Assembly (NCBI GenBank): GCA_964406495.1
Contig: CAYOSB010000003.1
Coordinates: forward strand, 23,325-60,390
Reading direction: 5' to 3'
Length of the DNA: 37,066 nucleotides
From: an uncultured Bacteroidaceae bacterium
GTDB lineage: Bacteria > Bacteroidota > Bacteroidia > Bacteroidales > GCA-2748055
The first letter of the stretch is position 1, and every line of letters begins with the position of its first letter. Of the stretch, positions 1 through 10,607 are shown piece after piece. A program made the position numbers and the translations under genes. Under the pieces are notes generated by a model. The model saw nothing but the letters and a program-made list of their open reading frames with translations, ran no database searches and was not told where the DNA came from.

Positions 1-1154
1 ATCATCCCTGCAACCGGGATGCTGCTTGCTGTCTTCAGCAAACCAATACTTGCCGAGGCTAATCCGGCGATCCCGATCCTGATCATCCCTACCAGGGCAG
101 AAGCTGTGCCGAGGTTTTTACTTATCGGGGCCAGGGCAAGTGCAATGCCGTTGGGTGAGGTAAATCCAATGCAGAGCAATACAAGAAAAAGAAAGACAAT
201 GTTGAGATGCATACCAAACAACTGGTTGCTCACCCCTGTAAAATAGATGATCCCAAAAACAAATTGGCTGATCAGTGCAACGCGGAAGATTTGCTGACTG
301 GTGAAATATTTCAACAGCAGGATATTCAGCTGGCTTCCTCCAATGAATGCGACCGACAGGCCGGCAAATATATACCCAAATGTTTTCGGGGTAACGTTGA
401 AATGTTCCATAAAAATGATGGGAGATCCGGCCACATATATAAACAACGAAGAAAAAGACAGTGCTCCACCAATGGAATAAGTAAGAAACTGGGGATTGAA
501 TAATACATCCCGGTAGTTCCGGATTATGGTACCGATTTTTAAACTTGCATCTTTCCCGGGGACGTAGGCAGTTGGAAGTGCAAATCGCACGAGGGATAAT
601 ACGAGCAAACCCATGAAGATGAGAAAGACAAAAATCCAGTGCCAGCTAAACCATTCCATAATACGACTTCCCAGGTAGGGTGCCAGGAGGGGTGATGCCC
701 CAATGACCAGCACAAGCATGGAGAATATTTTTGAACTTTCTTTGGGAGGAAAAAAATCCCGCACCATGGCCAATGCAGATACTGATGCTACCGATGCGCC
801 AAGTGCCTGCAAAAACCGGAAGACAACAAAGGAACTTATACTCCAGGAAGAGATGCAGGCAAGACTCGCAAGGATACTTACCAATACACCGAAATAAAGT
901 GGAATCTTCCTGCCAAACCGGTCCAGCAACGGACCGTATAAAATTTGTCCGATGGCAAACCCCATAAAAAAGGCAGAAAGTGAATAGGTCATCCGGGCCG
1001 AAGAGGTACCAAAGTAATCTGCAATATTTGGCATGGCCGGCAGGTATGAATCGACCGAAAAGGGCACATACGCTGCCAGGATCCCCAGAATCAGGATAAT
1101 TTTAAATCTGCCTTCAACACGTGTCTCTGCTTTGGGCTGTTGACTGTTGCTCAT
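1..1154 (-). CDS. Bcr/CflA-family multidrug efflux MFS transporter (3' end beyond the window edge)
   Basis: Not in the ORF track because it runs off the edge. Manual translation from ATG at 1154: MSNSQQPK...LILGILAAYVPFSVDSYLPAMPNIA...GQILYGPLLDRFGRK (DxYLPA motif and MFS motif A). The last codons (...SSIPVAGM at 5-3) are in the same frame. Confidence 0.9.
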   Translation of the reverse strand, partial: MSNSQQPKAETRVEGRFKIILILGILAAYVPFSVDSYLPAMPNIADYFGTSSARMTYSLSAFFMGFAIGQILYGPLLDRFGRKIPLYFGVLVSILASLACISSWSISSFVVFRFLQALGASVASVSALAMVRDFFPPKESSKIFSMLVLVIGASPLLAPYLGSRIMEWFSWHWIFVFLIFMGLLVLSLVRFALPTAYVPGKDASLKIGTIIRNYRDVLFNPQFLTYSIGGALSFSSLFIYVAGSPIIFMEHFNVTPKTFGYIFAGLSVAFIGGSQLNILLLKYFTSQQIFRVALISQFVFGIIYFTGVSNQLFGMHLNIVFLFLVLLCIGFTSPNGIALALAPISKNLGTASALVGMIRIGIAGLASASIGLLKTASSIPVAGM

Positions 1155-1317
1155 AGATGAAACAACAACACGAAGCTTTAAAAGTTTTTCATATCCTGAA
1201 TTAATAATATCTTACATTATTCGGGGATTCCTAAAAGAAAATACAGTTTCCTTCTGTCCTGGAATGCTACTTGACATTGATTTGAAACACTGCTTGCTGA
1301 TTGCTGCATGATATCGC

Positions 1318-2442
1318 TTATCGATCCGGGGTGCCTCGCGCCTGACTGCCCGTTTTCCGGTCATTTTTAAAAATATCAGGCCCAAAATCAATCTCGATCT
1401 GTTGTGTGGGTTGTTTCTTTTTAACCTCGAAATTTGACATAGTGGCACCCAGCAGCCTTACACCCTCTTCCCGGATCCTGGTTTCAGGGAGTAAATCCAT
1501 TATCGCAGTCCTCATCTCCCTGTAATTAAAGGGTTGTTGTTGTGTTCTGCTTCGCGTGATGGTTGTAAAGTCTGAAAACCGCAGTTTCAATGTCAGGGTC
1601 TTCCCTGCCTTTTTGTTTGCCTGGCAACGATTCCACATGATGTCCATCACTTCCAAAAGCCTTGTTTCTACCTGATTCATTTCATACAGGTCCGTCTCGT
1701 AGGTGCGCTCAGCACCGATGGATTTACTCTCCCGGTAGGATACTACGGGCCGATTATCAATGCCCCGGACCACGTTATAAAAATAGTCCCCGACCTTACC
1801 GAAATTACTTACCAGCTGGTCCCGCGGCAAGGCTTTCAGATCACGACCTTTGAATATGTTCAGCTTGTGCAGCTTTTTTGCCGTCTTTTCTCCTACCCCG
1901 AAGAATTGTTCGACTGCCAGTTCTTCCAGGAATTGCTCAGCCTCGTCAGGTTTGATCAGATAGAATCCGTCCGGCTTATCCATATCCGAGGCGATCTTTG
2001 CAAGGAATTTATTGAAGGACACACCGGCAGATGCAACCAGGTTCTCACGCTCCCGTATCTCTTTTTTGATTTCCATGGCAATCAGGGACGCTGATGGTGG
2101 CCCCTTCTTAGGATGCGTCACATCCAGGTAGGCCTCGTCCAGAGAAAGGGGTTCCACCAGGTCGGTATATTCATAAAAAATCTCCCGGATACTTGCAGAA
2201 ACTTTTTTATAGATATCAAACCGATGGGGCGTAACTATGAGCTCCGGGCATTTTCTCAAAGCCACCGCCATCGGCATGGCCGAATGCACTCCATATTTTC
2301 TTGCTTCATAACTTGCTGCAGCAACCACCGATCTCGGACCGCGATGGCCCACAGCAAGCGGTTTCCCCTTATATTCGGGGAAATCTCTTTGCTCGACTGA
2401 AGCAAAGAAAGAGTCCATATCTATATGAATGATCTTTCGCAT
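1318..2442 (-). CDS. dinB: DNA polymerase IV (Y-family)
   Basis: MRKIIHIDMDSFFASVEQRD, AASYEARKYGVHSAM, SLDEAYLD, NKFLAKIASD motifs; C-terminal clamp-motif-like QIEIDF. ATG at 2442 preferred over the track start at 2460. Confidence 0.96.
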   Translation of the reverse strand: MRKIIHIDMDSFFASVEQRDFPEYKGKPLAVGHRGPRSVVAAASYEARKYGVHSAMPMAVALRKCPELIVTPHRFDIYKKVSASIREIFYEYTDLVEPLSLDEAYLDVTHPKKGPPSASLIAMEIKKEIRERENLVASAGVSFNKFLAKIASDMDKPDGFYLIKPDEAEQFLEELAVEQFFGVGEKTAKKLHKLNIFKGRDLKALPRDQLVSNFGKVGDYFYNVVRGIDNRPVVSYRESKSIGAERTYETDLYEMNQVETRLLEVMDIMWNRCQANKKAGKTLTLKLRFSDFTTITRSRTQQQPFNYREMRTAIMDLLPETRIREEGVRLLGATMSNFEVKKKQPTQQIEIDFGPDIFKNDRKTGSQARGTPDR

Positions 2443-2680
2443 GTCGAACGTGGAAATCACACGCTCCCGCTAAGAAAGCAGAAATTAACTTTGAAATCAA
2501 GGATATTTTAAAATGACGAAACGAACAGGAGCATCTATAAGAAAACCAAATGATATTTTACAGTGATATCCATCCAGTAAAATTACCTGACTCGTCGAAA
2601 TAATAGTAGAAAAAGGAATTTAAAAACTAGCTACCCAACAATTCGAAAACATCTTTGTTTATACCTGAAACACGAAAGCT

Positions 2681-3250
2681 TTGAAAATAATTATTGGGGG
2701 CATATTGCTGTTTTTTATTGTCATCGCTGATGCGCAGGAGAAAGTAGAAATCGAACAACACGTCGATATCAATGAAGTGCCCATATCAGCTTTAGAATGG
2801 TTTAACGACGCATATGAAAATGCGCGCAAAACCAGATGGTATTATGAAGAAACCTCTGGTATTCAAAGCTATGAGGCAAAATTGAAATGGAAAGGGCATC
2901 TGCATAGTGTGGAATTCGATACTGCAGGTGTTGTGCAGGATATAGAGATTTCCATCAAATGGGAGGAACTGCCTGTGAATGTGCAGGAAAATATTGCCGG
3001 CTACCTGGACTCAGCCTTTCATAAACACAGGATCCAAAAAATACAGAAACAATGGACCGGTGCACCGGGCGACCTGGAGGATTTGATTGATGAGCGTGAA
3101 CGCGAGGACTTGATCACACGGTATGAAATAGAATATTATGGCAAAAATACATCTGCAGGTAATTTACGGGAAGGGTTGTTTGATGCGGATGGGAAAATGC
3201 TCAGCGAGAGAATTGTAGAACTAAGACCCACCGATAATCTGAATTTCTGA
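2681..3250 (+). CDS. Exported hypothetical protein, possibly PepSY-like/beta-lactamase-inhibitor-like repeats
   Basis: Signal peptide (MKIIIGGILLFFIVIADA); acidic; two similar halves (YEAKL...VEFD..G and YEIEY...LFDADG); stop overlaps the next ATG (TGATG). Confidence 0.6.
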   Translation: MKIIIGGILLFFIVIADAQEKVEIEQHVDINEVPISALEWFNDAYENARKTRWYYEETSGIQSYEAKLKWKGHLHSVEFDTAGVVQDIEISIKWEELPVNVQENIAGYLDSAFHKHRIQKIQKQWTGAPGDLEDLIDEREREDLITRYEIEYYGKNTSAGNLREGLFDADGKMLSERIVELRPTDNLNF

Positions 3251-3924
3251 TGCGCCCTATATTGATCTCTCTTTCTATGCTAATTGTAAGTGCTCAGACG
3301 GTCAGCGCACAGCAATTTCACGCAGGACTGCTTCCCGGGCTGTCTTTGGGATATAAATGGACCGACAACATACAGCAGATCCTGAAAATCGAATCCGCAC
3401 ATGAAATGTTCCACCCGGAAACGGAAGGTGTTGCCTATGCATATGACCAAACGGACATACAGTTGTTTTTGGAAGGAAAGCTGAATCCATTTTTTAAATT
3501 CGCAGGCGGGTATCAATACCGTATTGAAAGTACGAGTGAAAATTCACACCGTTTCATCCAACAGGCGGCCCTGCTGCAGCGAAAAACAGGGTTTCGAATG
3601 GGACACCGGATGCGGACTGATCAAACTGTTTATGTATCAGATGCAGTAAAACTGCGCTTGAGATACCGTTTATCTGCTGAATTTCCACTGGAAGGGCAAT
3701 CACTTGATGCAGGAGAAATTTATTTGCTCACATCCGGTGAACCCATCTATTCCCTGCAGGATATGGAACATGATGTGGAAGTCAGGGTAAGCACGTCACT
3801 CGGTTACTTCATTAACAACAAAACCAAACTGGAAATAGGACTGGATTACCGGTTCGAAAAAATATTGAGTAATCCACTCCGGCAAAAACTGTGGATGAGT
3901 TTTGGCTGGTTCTATGTGATATGA
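3250..3924 (+). CDS. DUF2490-like outer-membrane beta-barrel protein
   Basis: Signal peptide; HRFIQQ...HRMRTDQ...RLRYRLS pattern; alternating beta-strand composition with an aromatic C-terminal strand. Confidence 0.7.
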   Translation: MRPILISLSMLIVSAQTVSAQQFHAGLLPGLSLGYKWTDNIQQILKIESAHEMFHPETEGVAYAYDQTDIQLFLEGKLNPFFKFAGGYQYRIESTSENSHRFIQQAALLQRKTGFRMGHRMRTDQTVYVSDAVKLRLRYRLSAEFPLEGQSLDAGEIYLLTSGEPIYSLQDMEHDVEVRVSTSLGYFINNKTKLEIGLDYRFEKILSNPLRQKLWMSFGWFYVI

Positions 3925-3928
3925 GTAA

Positions 3929-5503
3929 CTATTGCTGATAAAAAATCGGACCCTCAATACCCAGTGGCAGCCTTGCCCATATCCATATCAGCAACATGGG
4001 GATACGGACCACCATAAATGCAATCGCATAGGGAAGCATCATCGAGATCAGCGTCCCGATTCCCACATTCTTCACATATTTCTGAGCAAAGACAATCACA
4101 AGCGGGAAGTATGGCAACAGCGGCGTAAGGATATTTGAATATGAATCACCGATCCGGTAAGCCGCCTGGGTAGTTTCAGGAGAATATCCCATGAGCATAA
4201 GCATGGGAACAAAGATTGGAGCCAGCAATGCCCACTTGGCTGATGCACTCCCCATGATCAGGTTGACAAGGGATGAAACAATGATAAAAGCAACCAGCAA
4301 AGGCCCTCCTGTAAACCCGATCGCTTTCAACCCGTCTGAACCTTTCACCGCCAGCACGCTTCCCAGGTTGGACCAGTTGAAATAGGCCACAAACTGGGCA
4401 GCAACGAATGCAATAACGATGTACATGCCCATGGTTGACATGCTCTTGGCCGTCATTTCGGCTACATCTTTATCATTTTTAATCGTTTTGGCAACAATCC
4501 CGTACACAAGTCCGGCAACAAAAAAGACGATAAACATCACGGGTACCAGCGAATCGTAGAAAGGATCAAAACTGCGCACTCCTGTTTCCGGATCCGGCGC
4601 ACCGCGCAACAGCCCATTCGCAGGAATGATGGTCAACATGAAAAGCAAAAGCACACCAAATGAAGCAATAAATGACCACATCAAGGCCTTCTTCTGCTGA
4701 CGTGTGATGGGCTTGTCCTCTTCAATCTCCAGATCGGCGTCGAGCTTATAGGCACCCAACCTTGGTATCAATATTCTTTCCGTGATCCAGGTCCCCGCCA
4801 ATCCGACCAGCGGCACAGAAGCTGCCATTAAATAATAATTTGACAATGGATTGACTGTATAATCCGGGTCGATGATCTGGGCAGCCGGTTCGGTAAAGGC
4901 AGCGATCATGGGATCCAGTCCGGTAGGAAGTATGTTTGCACCAAAGCCCCCGGAAACCCCGGCAAAGGCCGCGGCGATACCTGCAAGCGGATGCCTCCCC
5001 ATGCTCATAAATATGGCCCCTCCAAGTGGTATCAATACCACATAACCTGCATCGGCGGCGACAGAGCTGAGCATACCTGCAACAACAATGGAAAAAGTAA
5101 TAATCGACTTGGGTACTTTTGAAACAAAAAGCCGCAAACCCACCGAGATCATTCCAGTATATTCAGCCACGCCAATACCCAGCATCACAACGAGTACCAA
5201 TCCCAGTGGAGGGAAATCCGCAAAAGTCTCCACCATCCGGGTGAATATCATCTGCACTCCTTCACGCGAAAGCAGGTTGATGACATTAATTTTATCCACC
5301 GGGTTCCCTTCGGAATCAAGTAATCCTGCTGCTTTACCAGGATGATCGACAGACACGCCACCGAATATCCAGGATAACAACAGGGTAATCACCATCAAGA
5401 TTGCGAACAGGGTTACGGGGTGGGGAAGTTTGTTTCCAACAACCTCTACTTTATCGAGAATACGTTGAAAAAACCCCGGCTTCGACTTTTTACTTTTGCT
5501 CAT
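3929..5503 (-). CDS. AbgT-family transporter (YdaH/MtrF-like), paralogue 1
   Basis: VEVVGNKLPHP, FPPLGLVLVVMLGIGVAE, AAFAGVSGGFGAN, GSASAKW, AYRIGDS motifs. Confidence 0.93.
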   Translation of the reverse strand: MSKSKKSKPGFFQRILDKVEVVGNKLPHPVTLFAILMVITLLLSWIFGGVSVDHPGKAAGLLDSEGNPVDKINVINLLSREGVQMIFTRMVETFADFPPLGLVLVVMLGIGVAEYTGMISVGLRLFVSKVPKSIITFSIVVAGMLSSVAADAGYVVLIPLGGAIFMSMGRHPLAGIAAAFAGVSGGFGANILPTGLDPMIAAFTEPAAQIIDPDYTVNPLSNYYLMAASVPLVGLAGTWITERILIPRLGAYKLDADLEIEEDKPITRQQKKALMWSFIASFGVLLLFMLTIIPANGLLRGAPDPETGVRSFDPFYDSLVPVMFIVFFVAGLVYGIVAKTIKNDKDVAEMTAKSMSTMGMYIVIAFVAAQFVAYFNWSNLGSVLAVKGSDGLKAIGFTGGPLLVAFIIVSSLVNLIMGSASAKWALLAPIFVPMLMLMGYSPETTQAAYRIGDSYSNILTPLLPYFPLVIVFAQKYVKNVGIGTLISMMLPYAIAFMVVRIPMLLIWIWARLPLGIEGPIFYQQ

Positions 5504-5533
5504 AAAAAAAGTTTAGAATGAAAAATTAAACTA

Positions 5534-5541
5534 CAAATGTA
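5534..5541 (-). promoter_or_regulatory. Putative Bacteroidota sigma-A -7 element for AbgT paralogue 1
   Basis: Minus-strand TACATTTG matches TAnnTTTG about 30 nt upstream of the ATG at 5503; no well-spaced -33 element identified. Confidence 0.45.
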
Positions 5542-5843
5542 ACAGATTTGTTCAATTTCCTGATTCAAAAAAAACATGATACCATTGACTATAATACCTA
5601 TTGGTATCATATCAAGAGATTCAAAAGCAAGGCTTCCGAGCTCACCTTTCTGCATTCTCTGCAGAAAAAAACAGATTTATCAAAGTACTGATCTGTGAAC
5701 ACCACTTATCAGCCAATGAATTTCAAATTTTACTGTTTACTTTACAAGATGTCGAACATAAGCCAGTTATTGGCGTTTTAGCTCTATCGAGACCAAATGA
5801 CCGGTACCTGGAAGTACTCATTAATTTCAAATAGCAAACAATA

Positions 5844-7463
5844 ATGAGCCAAGAATCATCGGATAAAACGGACAAGTTCAACGAAAAGGTAAAAAAAAGC
5901 AGTGCCCCTGGAGAGAACGCTGAAACAAATGAGATTCCTGCTGCGACAGGAGTGTTGAGGTGGATTGAGATAGTAGGAAATAAACTGCCGCATCCGTTCT
6001 GGATGTTTGTCTGGATCTCGATCATCATCGTTATTACCAGTGCCATTACCGCCTATTTTGGCGTGAGTGCTATGCAGCCCGGTACAGGTGCTGAAATCGC
6101 TGCCAGGAATATTGCTACGGGAGACGGACTGCGCTGGTTCATACAAAACCTGGTAACCAATTTTGCTCATTTTGCCCCGCTTGGACTTGTACTCGTGATG
6201 CTGATGGGCGTTTCCATTGCAGAGCAGAGCGGCCTGCTGACCATCATCATGCGTAATATCGCCTTTGCAACGCCGAAGCGTATCATTTTCCCGGTGATCT
6301 TTATTATCGGTGCCTGTGGGAATATCGGCTCTGATGCCGGTGTGGTCGTGGTGCCTCCCATCGCAGCACTGATCTTCATGCAATTGGGATACCATCCCAT
6401 TGCCGGGCTGATCGCCGGATATGCAGGCGCCACTGCCGGATTCACTGCAAATTTTTTCATAGCAGGAACTGATGTATTGCTTGCCGGTATCAGTACAGAG
6501 ATCACAGAGAAGATGACCCCACCCATGGAAGTCAGCGCCACAGCCAACTGGTATTTTATGATCGTTTCAACACTTTTGCTGGGTTTTGGGGGTGCTTTTA
6601 TTGTAAGAAGATTTACCATTCCCCGAACTGCGGGATTTGCCGGCATGAATAAAGTGGCAGAAATTGCAGAAGAAAAAAAGGAACTGAAACCCGAGGAAAA
6701 AAGGGGACTGAAACATGCAGGGATCTCTTTTCTTGTTTTAGCGATCCTCATTGCAGCGCTCGTTATTCCGGCAAACGGACCTTTGCGGGATCCCGAAACC
6801 GGATCGGTCGTACCCTCTCCCTTTTTACGTGGCCTGGTGCCGATCCTCTTCCTGGTGTTTGCCATTCCCGGCTATTTTTACGGCAAAGCAGTTGGAACAA
6901 TCCAACAGAAGGATGACGTACTGAAACACATGGAACATGGCATGCGGGGACTTGCCGGATATATTGTGCTGATGCTTGTAGTGGCACAGTTCATCAACCT
7001 GTTTAGCTGGTCCAACCTCGATTCCATTATGGCCATCAATGGTGCTGAATTTTTACAGGCAACAGGCCTGACCGGTCCATTGATGTTCATCCTGTTTATT
7101 GTACTGATTGCATTTCTGAATATCTTTCTTGGTTCCGGGTCTGCAAAATGGGCCATCTTTGCACCGATTTTTATTCCCATGTTGGCAGAACTGGGATACA
7201 GCCCCGGGTTCGTCCAGTTAATGTACAGGATTGGTGACTCCATAACCAACAGTATCTCACCGCTGTATGTTTACTTCCCGCTGCTGATCGGCTGGATACA
7301 TCAGTACGACAAGCGATTGAAGATCGGCACGATCCTTTCGCTCCTGGTGCCCTATGCAGTCATTCTCTTTATCCTGTGGACCGTACTGCTGTTCGTATGG
7401 TACTTTTTAAATATCCCCATCGGCGTAGGCGAGTTTATTCATCTCACAGCAACTGCAAAATAG
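5844..7463 (+). CDS. AbgT-family transporter, paralogue 2
   Basis: IEIVGNKLPHP, FAPLGLVLVMLMGVSIAE, GSGSAKW, MYRIGDS motifs. Confidence 0.93.
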   Translation: MSQESSDKTDKFNEKVKKSSAPGENAETNEIPAATGVLRWIEIVGNKLPHPFWMFVWISIIIVITSAITAYFGVSAMQPGTGAEIAARNIATGDGLRWFIQNLVTNFAHFAPLGLVLVMLMGVSIAEQSGLLTIIMRNIAFATPKRIIFPVIFIIGACGNIGSDAGVVVVPPIAALIFMQLGYHPIAGLIAGYAGATAGFTANFFIAGTDVLLAGISTEITEKMTPPMEVSATANWYFMIVSTLLLGFGGAFIVRRFTIPRTAGFAGMNKVAEIAEEKKELKPEEKRGLKHAGISFLVLAILIAALVIPANGPLRDPETGSVVPSPFLRGLVPILFLVFAIPGYFYGKAVGTIQQKDDVLKHMEHGMRGLAGYIVLMLVVAQFINLFSWSNLDSIMAINGAEFLQATGLTGPLMFILFIVLIAFLNIFLGSGSAKWAIFAPIFIPMLAELGYSPGFVQLMYRIGDSITNSISPLYVYFPLLIGWIHQYDKRLKIGTILSLLVPYAVILFILWTVLLFVWYFLNIPIGVGEFIHLTATAK

Positions 7464-7538
7464 AACTGGATATCTGAACGGTTGCAATGCCGCAGCCCAA
7501 GAAACGCAAGGATTTGTCGAAAGTGGTTGAATTTTCTT

Positions 7539-7928
7539 TCAGTTCACCGACGGTGTTATAACAAATTTACGAAATTCAACCGGCCCGTGATCTCCCTGGA
7601 TCATAATGGGTCCGGGCTCCCCCTCGTTAATGTTAAGTGATCCGCCCGTAATACCAGGAATAGGACGGTTGAAAATAACTGCAATGCCATTATGTACAAC
7701 CGTTACATGTCTGCCAACCAGGGTGAACTCGTAAGTTTGCCATTCTCCCGAATCCCTGGCAGCATTAACTGCAGGAGCAATAAAACCGTAAATGCCCCCG
7801 ATACTCACATCATCTGCTCTTCCCTTCGAATCTTCAATCTGGATTTCGTATCGACCCCGTAGATAAATTCCGCTGTTGCTTCCTTCGGGATACCTGAATT
7901 CCACACTGAGTTTAAAATCATCAAATTT
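7539..7928 (-). pseudogene. 5'-truncated DUF1080 (3-keto-disaccharide hydrolase-like) gene
   Basis: KFDDFKLSVEFRYPEGSNSGIYLRGRYEIQI...GPIMIQGDHGPVEFRKF is the C-terminal part of DUF1080. An in-frame TAG lies a few codons upstream, with no signal peptide or proper N-terminus. Confidence 0.75.
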
Positions 7929-8022
7929 TAAGTGCTGTTCTTTACAAATCTAATTAAAACAGGAATTCGGAAAAATTCATATCATTAAAGTAACTTACCT
8001 TTTAGGGAGGCAAGTAATAAAA

Positions 8023-8430
8023 GAAGCTGTATTTGAAAAATACATAAGAACACTGGTTGAAACAAATCATGGCCACCTGAATACAGGCATGATCGGCACC
8101 CAGATCATGACAGATTACCTTTTAATAATCGACAGAAATGACTTAATTGACCTTTATGTAAATAACAACCTATCCCGGTTGGGGCCATATGGTAGAAAAT
8201 GGTGCAACCACATGCTGGGAACAATGGAATGGGAATTATTCTCAGATCCATTCCTGTTTCCCATATATCGGCGGCTGGTTTTACAAAGGTCTTGCAGTCA
8301 TTCAATGGGATCCGGAAAATCCGGGATTCAAAAATGTAATACTTCGCCCTGGAATAGTAAAAAGCGTGAACAGCGTTACATGCAGCTTTGAATCTCCATA
8401 CGGTGTTATTGAAAGCAATTGGGAAATGGG
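8023..8430 (+). pseudogene. Frameshifted internal fragment of a GH78 alpha-L-rhamnosidase
   Basis: Frame 1 gives EAVFEKY...NHGHLNTGMIGTQIMTDYL...RNDL. After a shift near 8165: TTYPGWGHMVENGATTCWEQWNG...WFYKGLA...PGFKNVILRP...ESPYGVIESNW (GH78 signature). Both ends of the gene are missing. Confidence 0.82.
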
Positions 8431-8456
8431 TAAAAAGCGGTTACCACAAACATTTA

Positions 8457-10241
8457 TTAGCGATTGCGGTCGAGCGTGATTGATTTGAGATACAGGGGGC
8501 TTCCTTTGCCTCCCTCGACCCTTAGCATAAGAGAAACAGGACCGGCTTTGCTAAATTTTAATTCTCCAAGGTCAAGCTTACCGTCTTCCAGGTCGTTACC
8601 ATGGACCAGAGTGCTATGTTCATTTGCATCATTAACGCGCAGGTAAATGGTTCTCGGTTTCAGTATCCCCGGTTTGATATCCATACAATCTGCAGAAACC
8701 TGGAAAATACCCGGCTGATCAACCTCGAAGTCCCAAACAAGTCGCTCACTTGAATGTCCCTCGCTGATATCCGCTACTGCCATGCTATTCTGAATGGAAT
8801 GTCGCAGGGTCCGCATCCTGGAGCCCCGATTCTTTGCATAGCTTGTTTTCAGGAGGACTTTGCCATTTGATACACGTAGCTTTGGAGCATCTATATCAAG
8901 TTGATTGCCGGAGCAGCTTACCTTGATGACCGTTGCACTGGAATGCAGGGGTCCTCCACTCAGAGTGATATTTACATCCGTGGCATTCTTTTTCCATGTA
9001 AGATTTCTGCCTGCATCACCCAATACGCTAACGTTTTTGACAGCGTTATTTAGCCTGGGCACAGTGATTGTTTTCCCATCCTCCCACTCGGTCACGTGAA
9101 GATATATATCCGATCCTTTCACAGTACAATACCCCCAATTGAAAAATTCTCCAAATGGATTTGCTGATGTGCCGTGAATGGCTTCCTTATTGTCTTTCAT
9201 CCAAAATGCAATATCTTTCAATATCTGTACCTGGTCTTCCGGGATGGTTCCGTCTGGTTTTGGTCCGATATTTAACAAAAGATTGCCTCCGGAAGAAACT
9301 GATTTGAGCAGGACCATAATGAGATCATTGGAATTTTTGTGTTCCCTCTTGGTTTTTGTGAAGCCCCAGGATTCGTTCATCGTAGCACAACATTCCCAGT
9401 CGAAAGATTGAGGGGAAGTATAATACCCATTGTCACCCGGAACCAGATAGTCGGCATAAAGGCCCTGGGGATTGCATATGCGTCCGTTAATAACTACATT
9501 CGGTTGATGCTTCCGCACCAGGTCATGAAAAATCTTTCCACGCTTTCCGTCTACCATTCTTGGCACATCAAACCAAACCACTCCAATCTCACCATACCTG
9601 GTGAACAACTCCTCTACCTGCGGAAGGGATTTTTCAGCCATATATGTATCGAATAACTTATAGTCAGGCTGATCCCGCGGGAAGTCCCATAGATTGTAGC
9701 TATCAATCGCACCGCCCTGTGACTGACTCCAGTCAATGTCCTGAGAATAGTAAGCTCCTGCTTTCAATCCCTTTTTACGGAAAGCTTCGGCAAGTTCTCT
9801 AAATACGTCCCTTTTAAAAGGTGTTGCATCAACGATATTATACTCCGAAACATCGGAATCGAACATGGCAAAGCCGTCATGATGCTTGGTCGTTAATACG
9901 AAATAACCCATACCTGCATCTGCAGCAAGCTGTGCCCACTTGTCGGCATCGAATTTCACCGGGTTAAATTCTTTCGCCAACTGGCTGTATTCCTCCAAAG
10001 GTATTTTAAAGTTATGCATGGCCCATTCGGCATAATTTTTTTTCGAAGTTTCTCCCTTCCACACACCGGCCGGAATGGAATAGATTCCCCAATGAATAAA
10101 CAATCCAAAACGGGCTTCGCGCCACCATTGCATGCGCTCATCCCGGTGTTCATCTTCGATCATATGTGATGGATCCTGTGAGGATAATGGATAATTGATT
10201 GCTAATGAACTTAGGATAATGAAAACAATCGCTTTTCTCAT
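8457..10241 (-). CDS. Alpha-L-fucosidase (GH29) with C-terminal beta-sandwich extension
   Basis: WWREARFGLFIHWGIYS, AEW, TTKHHDGFAMF, VVWFD nucleophile, WECCATMNESWG, GGNLLLNIGP. Signal peptide starts at ATG 10241 (track start 10283). Confidence 0.93.
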   Translation of the reverse strand: MRKAIVFIILSSLAINYPLSSQDPSHMIEDEHRDERMQWWREARFGLFIHWGIYSIPAGVWKGETSKKNYAEWAMHNFKIPLEEYSQLAKEFNPVKFDADKWAQLAADAGMGYFVLTTKHHDGFAMFDSDVSEYNIVDATPFKRDVFRELAEAFRKKGLKAGAYYSQDIDWSQSQGGAIDSYNLWDFPRDQPDYKLFDTYMAEKSLPQVEELFTRYGEIGVVWFDVPRMVDGKRGKIFHDLVRKHQPNVVINGRICNPQGLYADYLVPGDNGYYTSPQSFDWECCATMNESWGFTKTKREHKNSNDLIMVLLKSVSSGGNLLLNIGPKPDGTIPEDQVQILKDIAFWMKDNKEAIHGTSANPFGEFFNWGYCTVKGSDIYLHVTEWEDGKTITVPRLNNAVKNVSVLGDAGRNLTWKKNATDVNITLSGGPLHSSATVIKVSCSGNQLDIDAPKLRVSNGKVLLKTSYAKNRGSRMRTLRHSIQNSMAVADISEGHSSERLVWDFEVDQPGIFQVSADCMDIKPGILKPRTIYLRVNDANEHSTLVHGNDLEDGKLDLGELKFSKAGPVSLMLRVEGGKGSPLYLKSITLDRNR

Positions 10242-10607
10242 GGTGATTCTTTTATTAGTATTACAATATAAACTTATCTGCATGTAATTAATAAAGGCAT
10301 AAAAAATTATTAATTCTGAGTACAGCTATTAACTATGTGAAGCCGTAACTTTTTAAAACCAGGAACACAGGTATTACTTCGTTTTGGCAACCTTTTCCTG
10401 CATGAAAGAACAACGCACGTGTAAAAATGTAACCTGGGAAAACCGCACAATGATAAGAGAGGATTTTATTCACATTATTTGATTATTAATTTTTCTTACC
10501 TGTTAAGGCTTTTCCGAAAGTTGTTTGAAAAAATTTACTAATTTCGACTACCCTCAAAAAAATTGAAGAGGTAATCAGTTCTATTCTATTATTTACCTGA
10601 AAGATTA

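Noticed and set aside
19-967. Short plus-strand ORFs here, and similar overlapping ORFs throughout the track
   Set aside because: They are antisense or alternative-frame shadows of well-supported genes (here the MFS exporter).
2443-2680. SOS/LexA box upstream of dinB
   Set aside because: No convincing palindrome found by eye.
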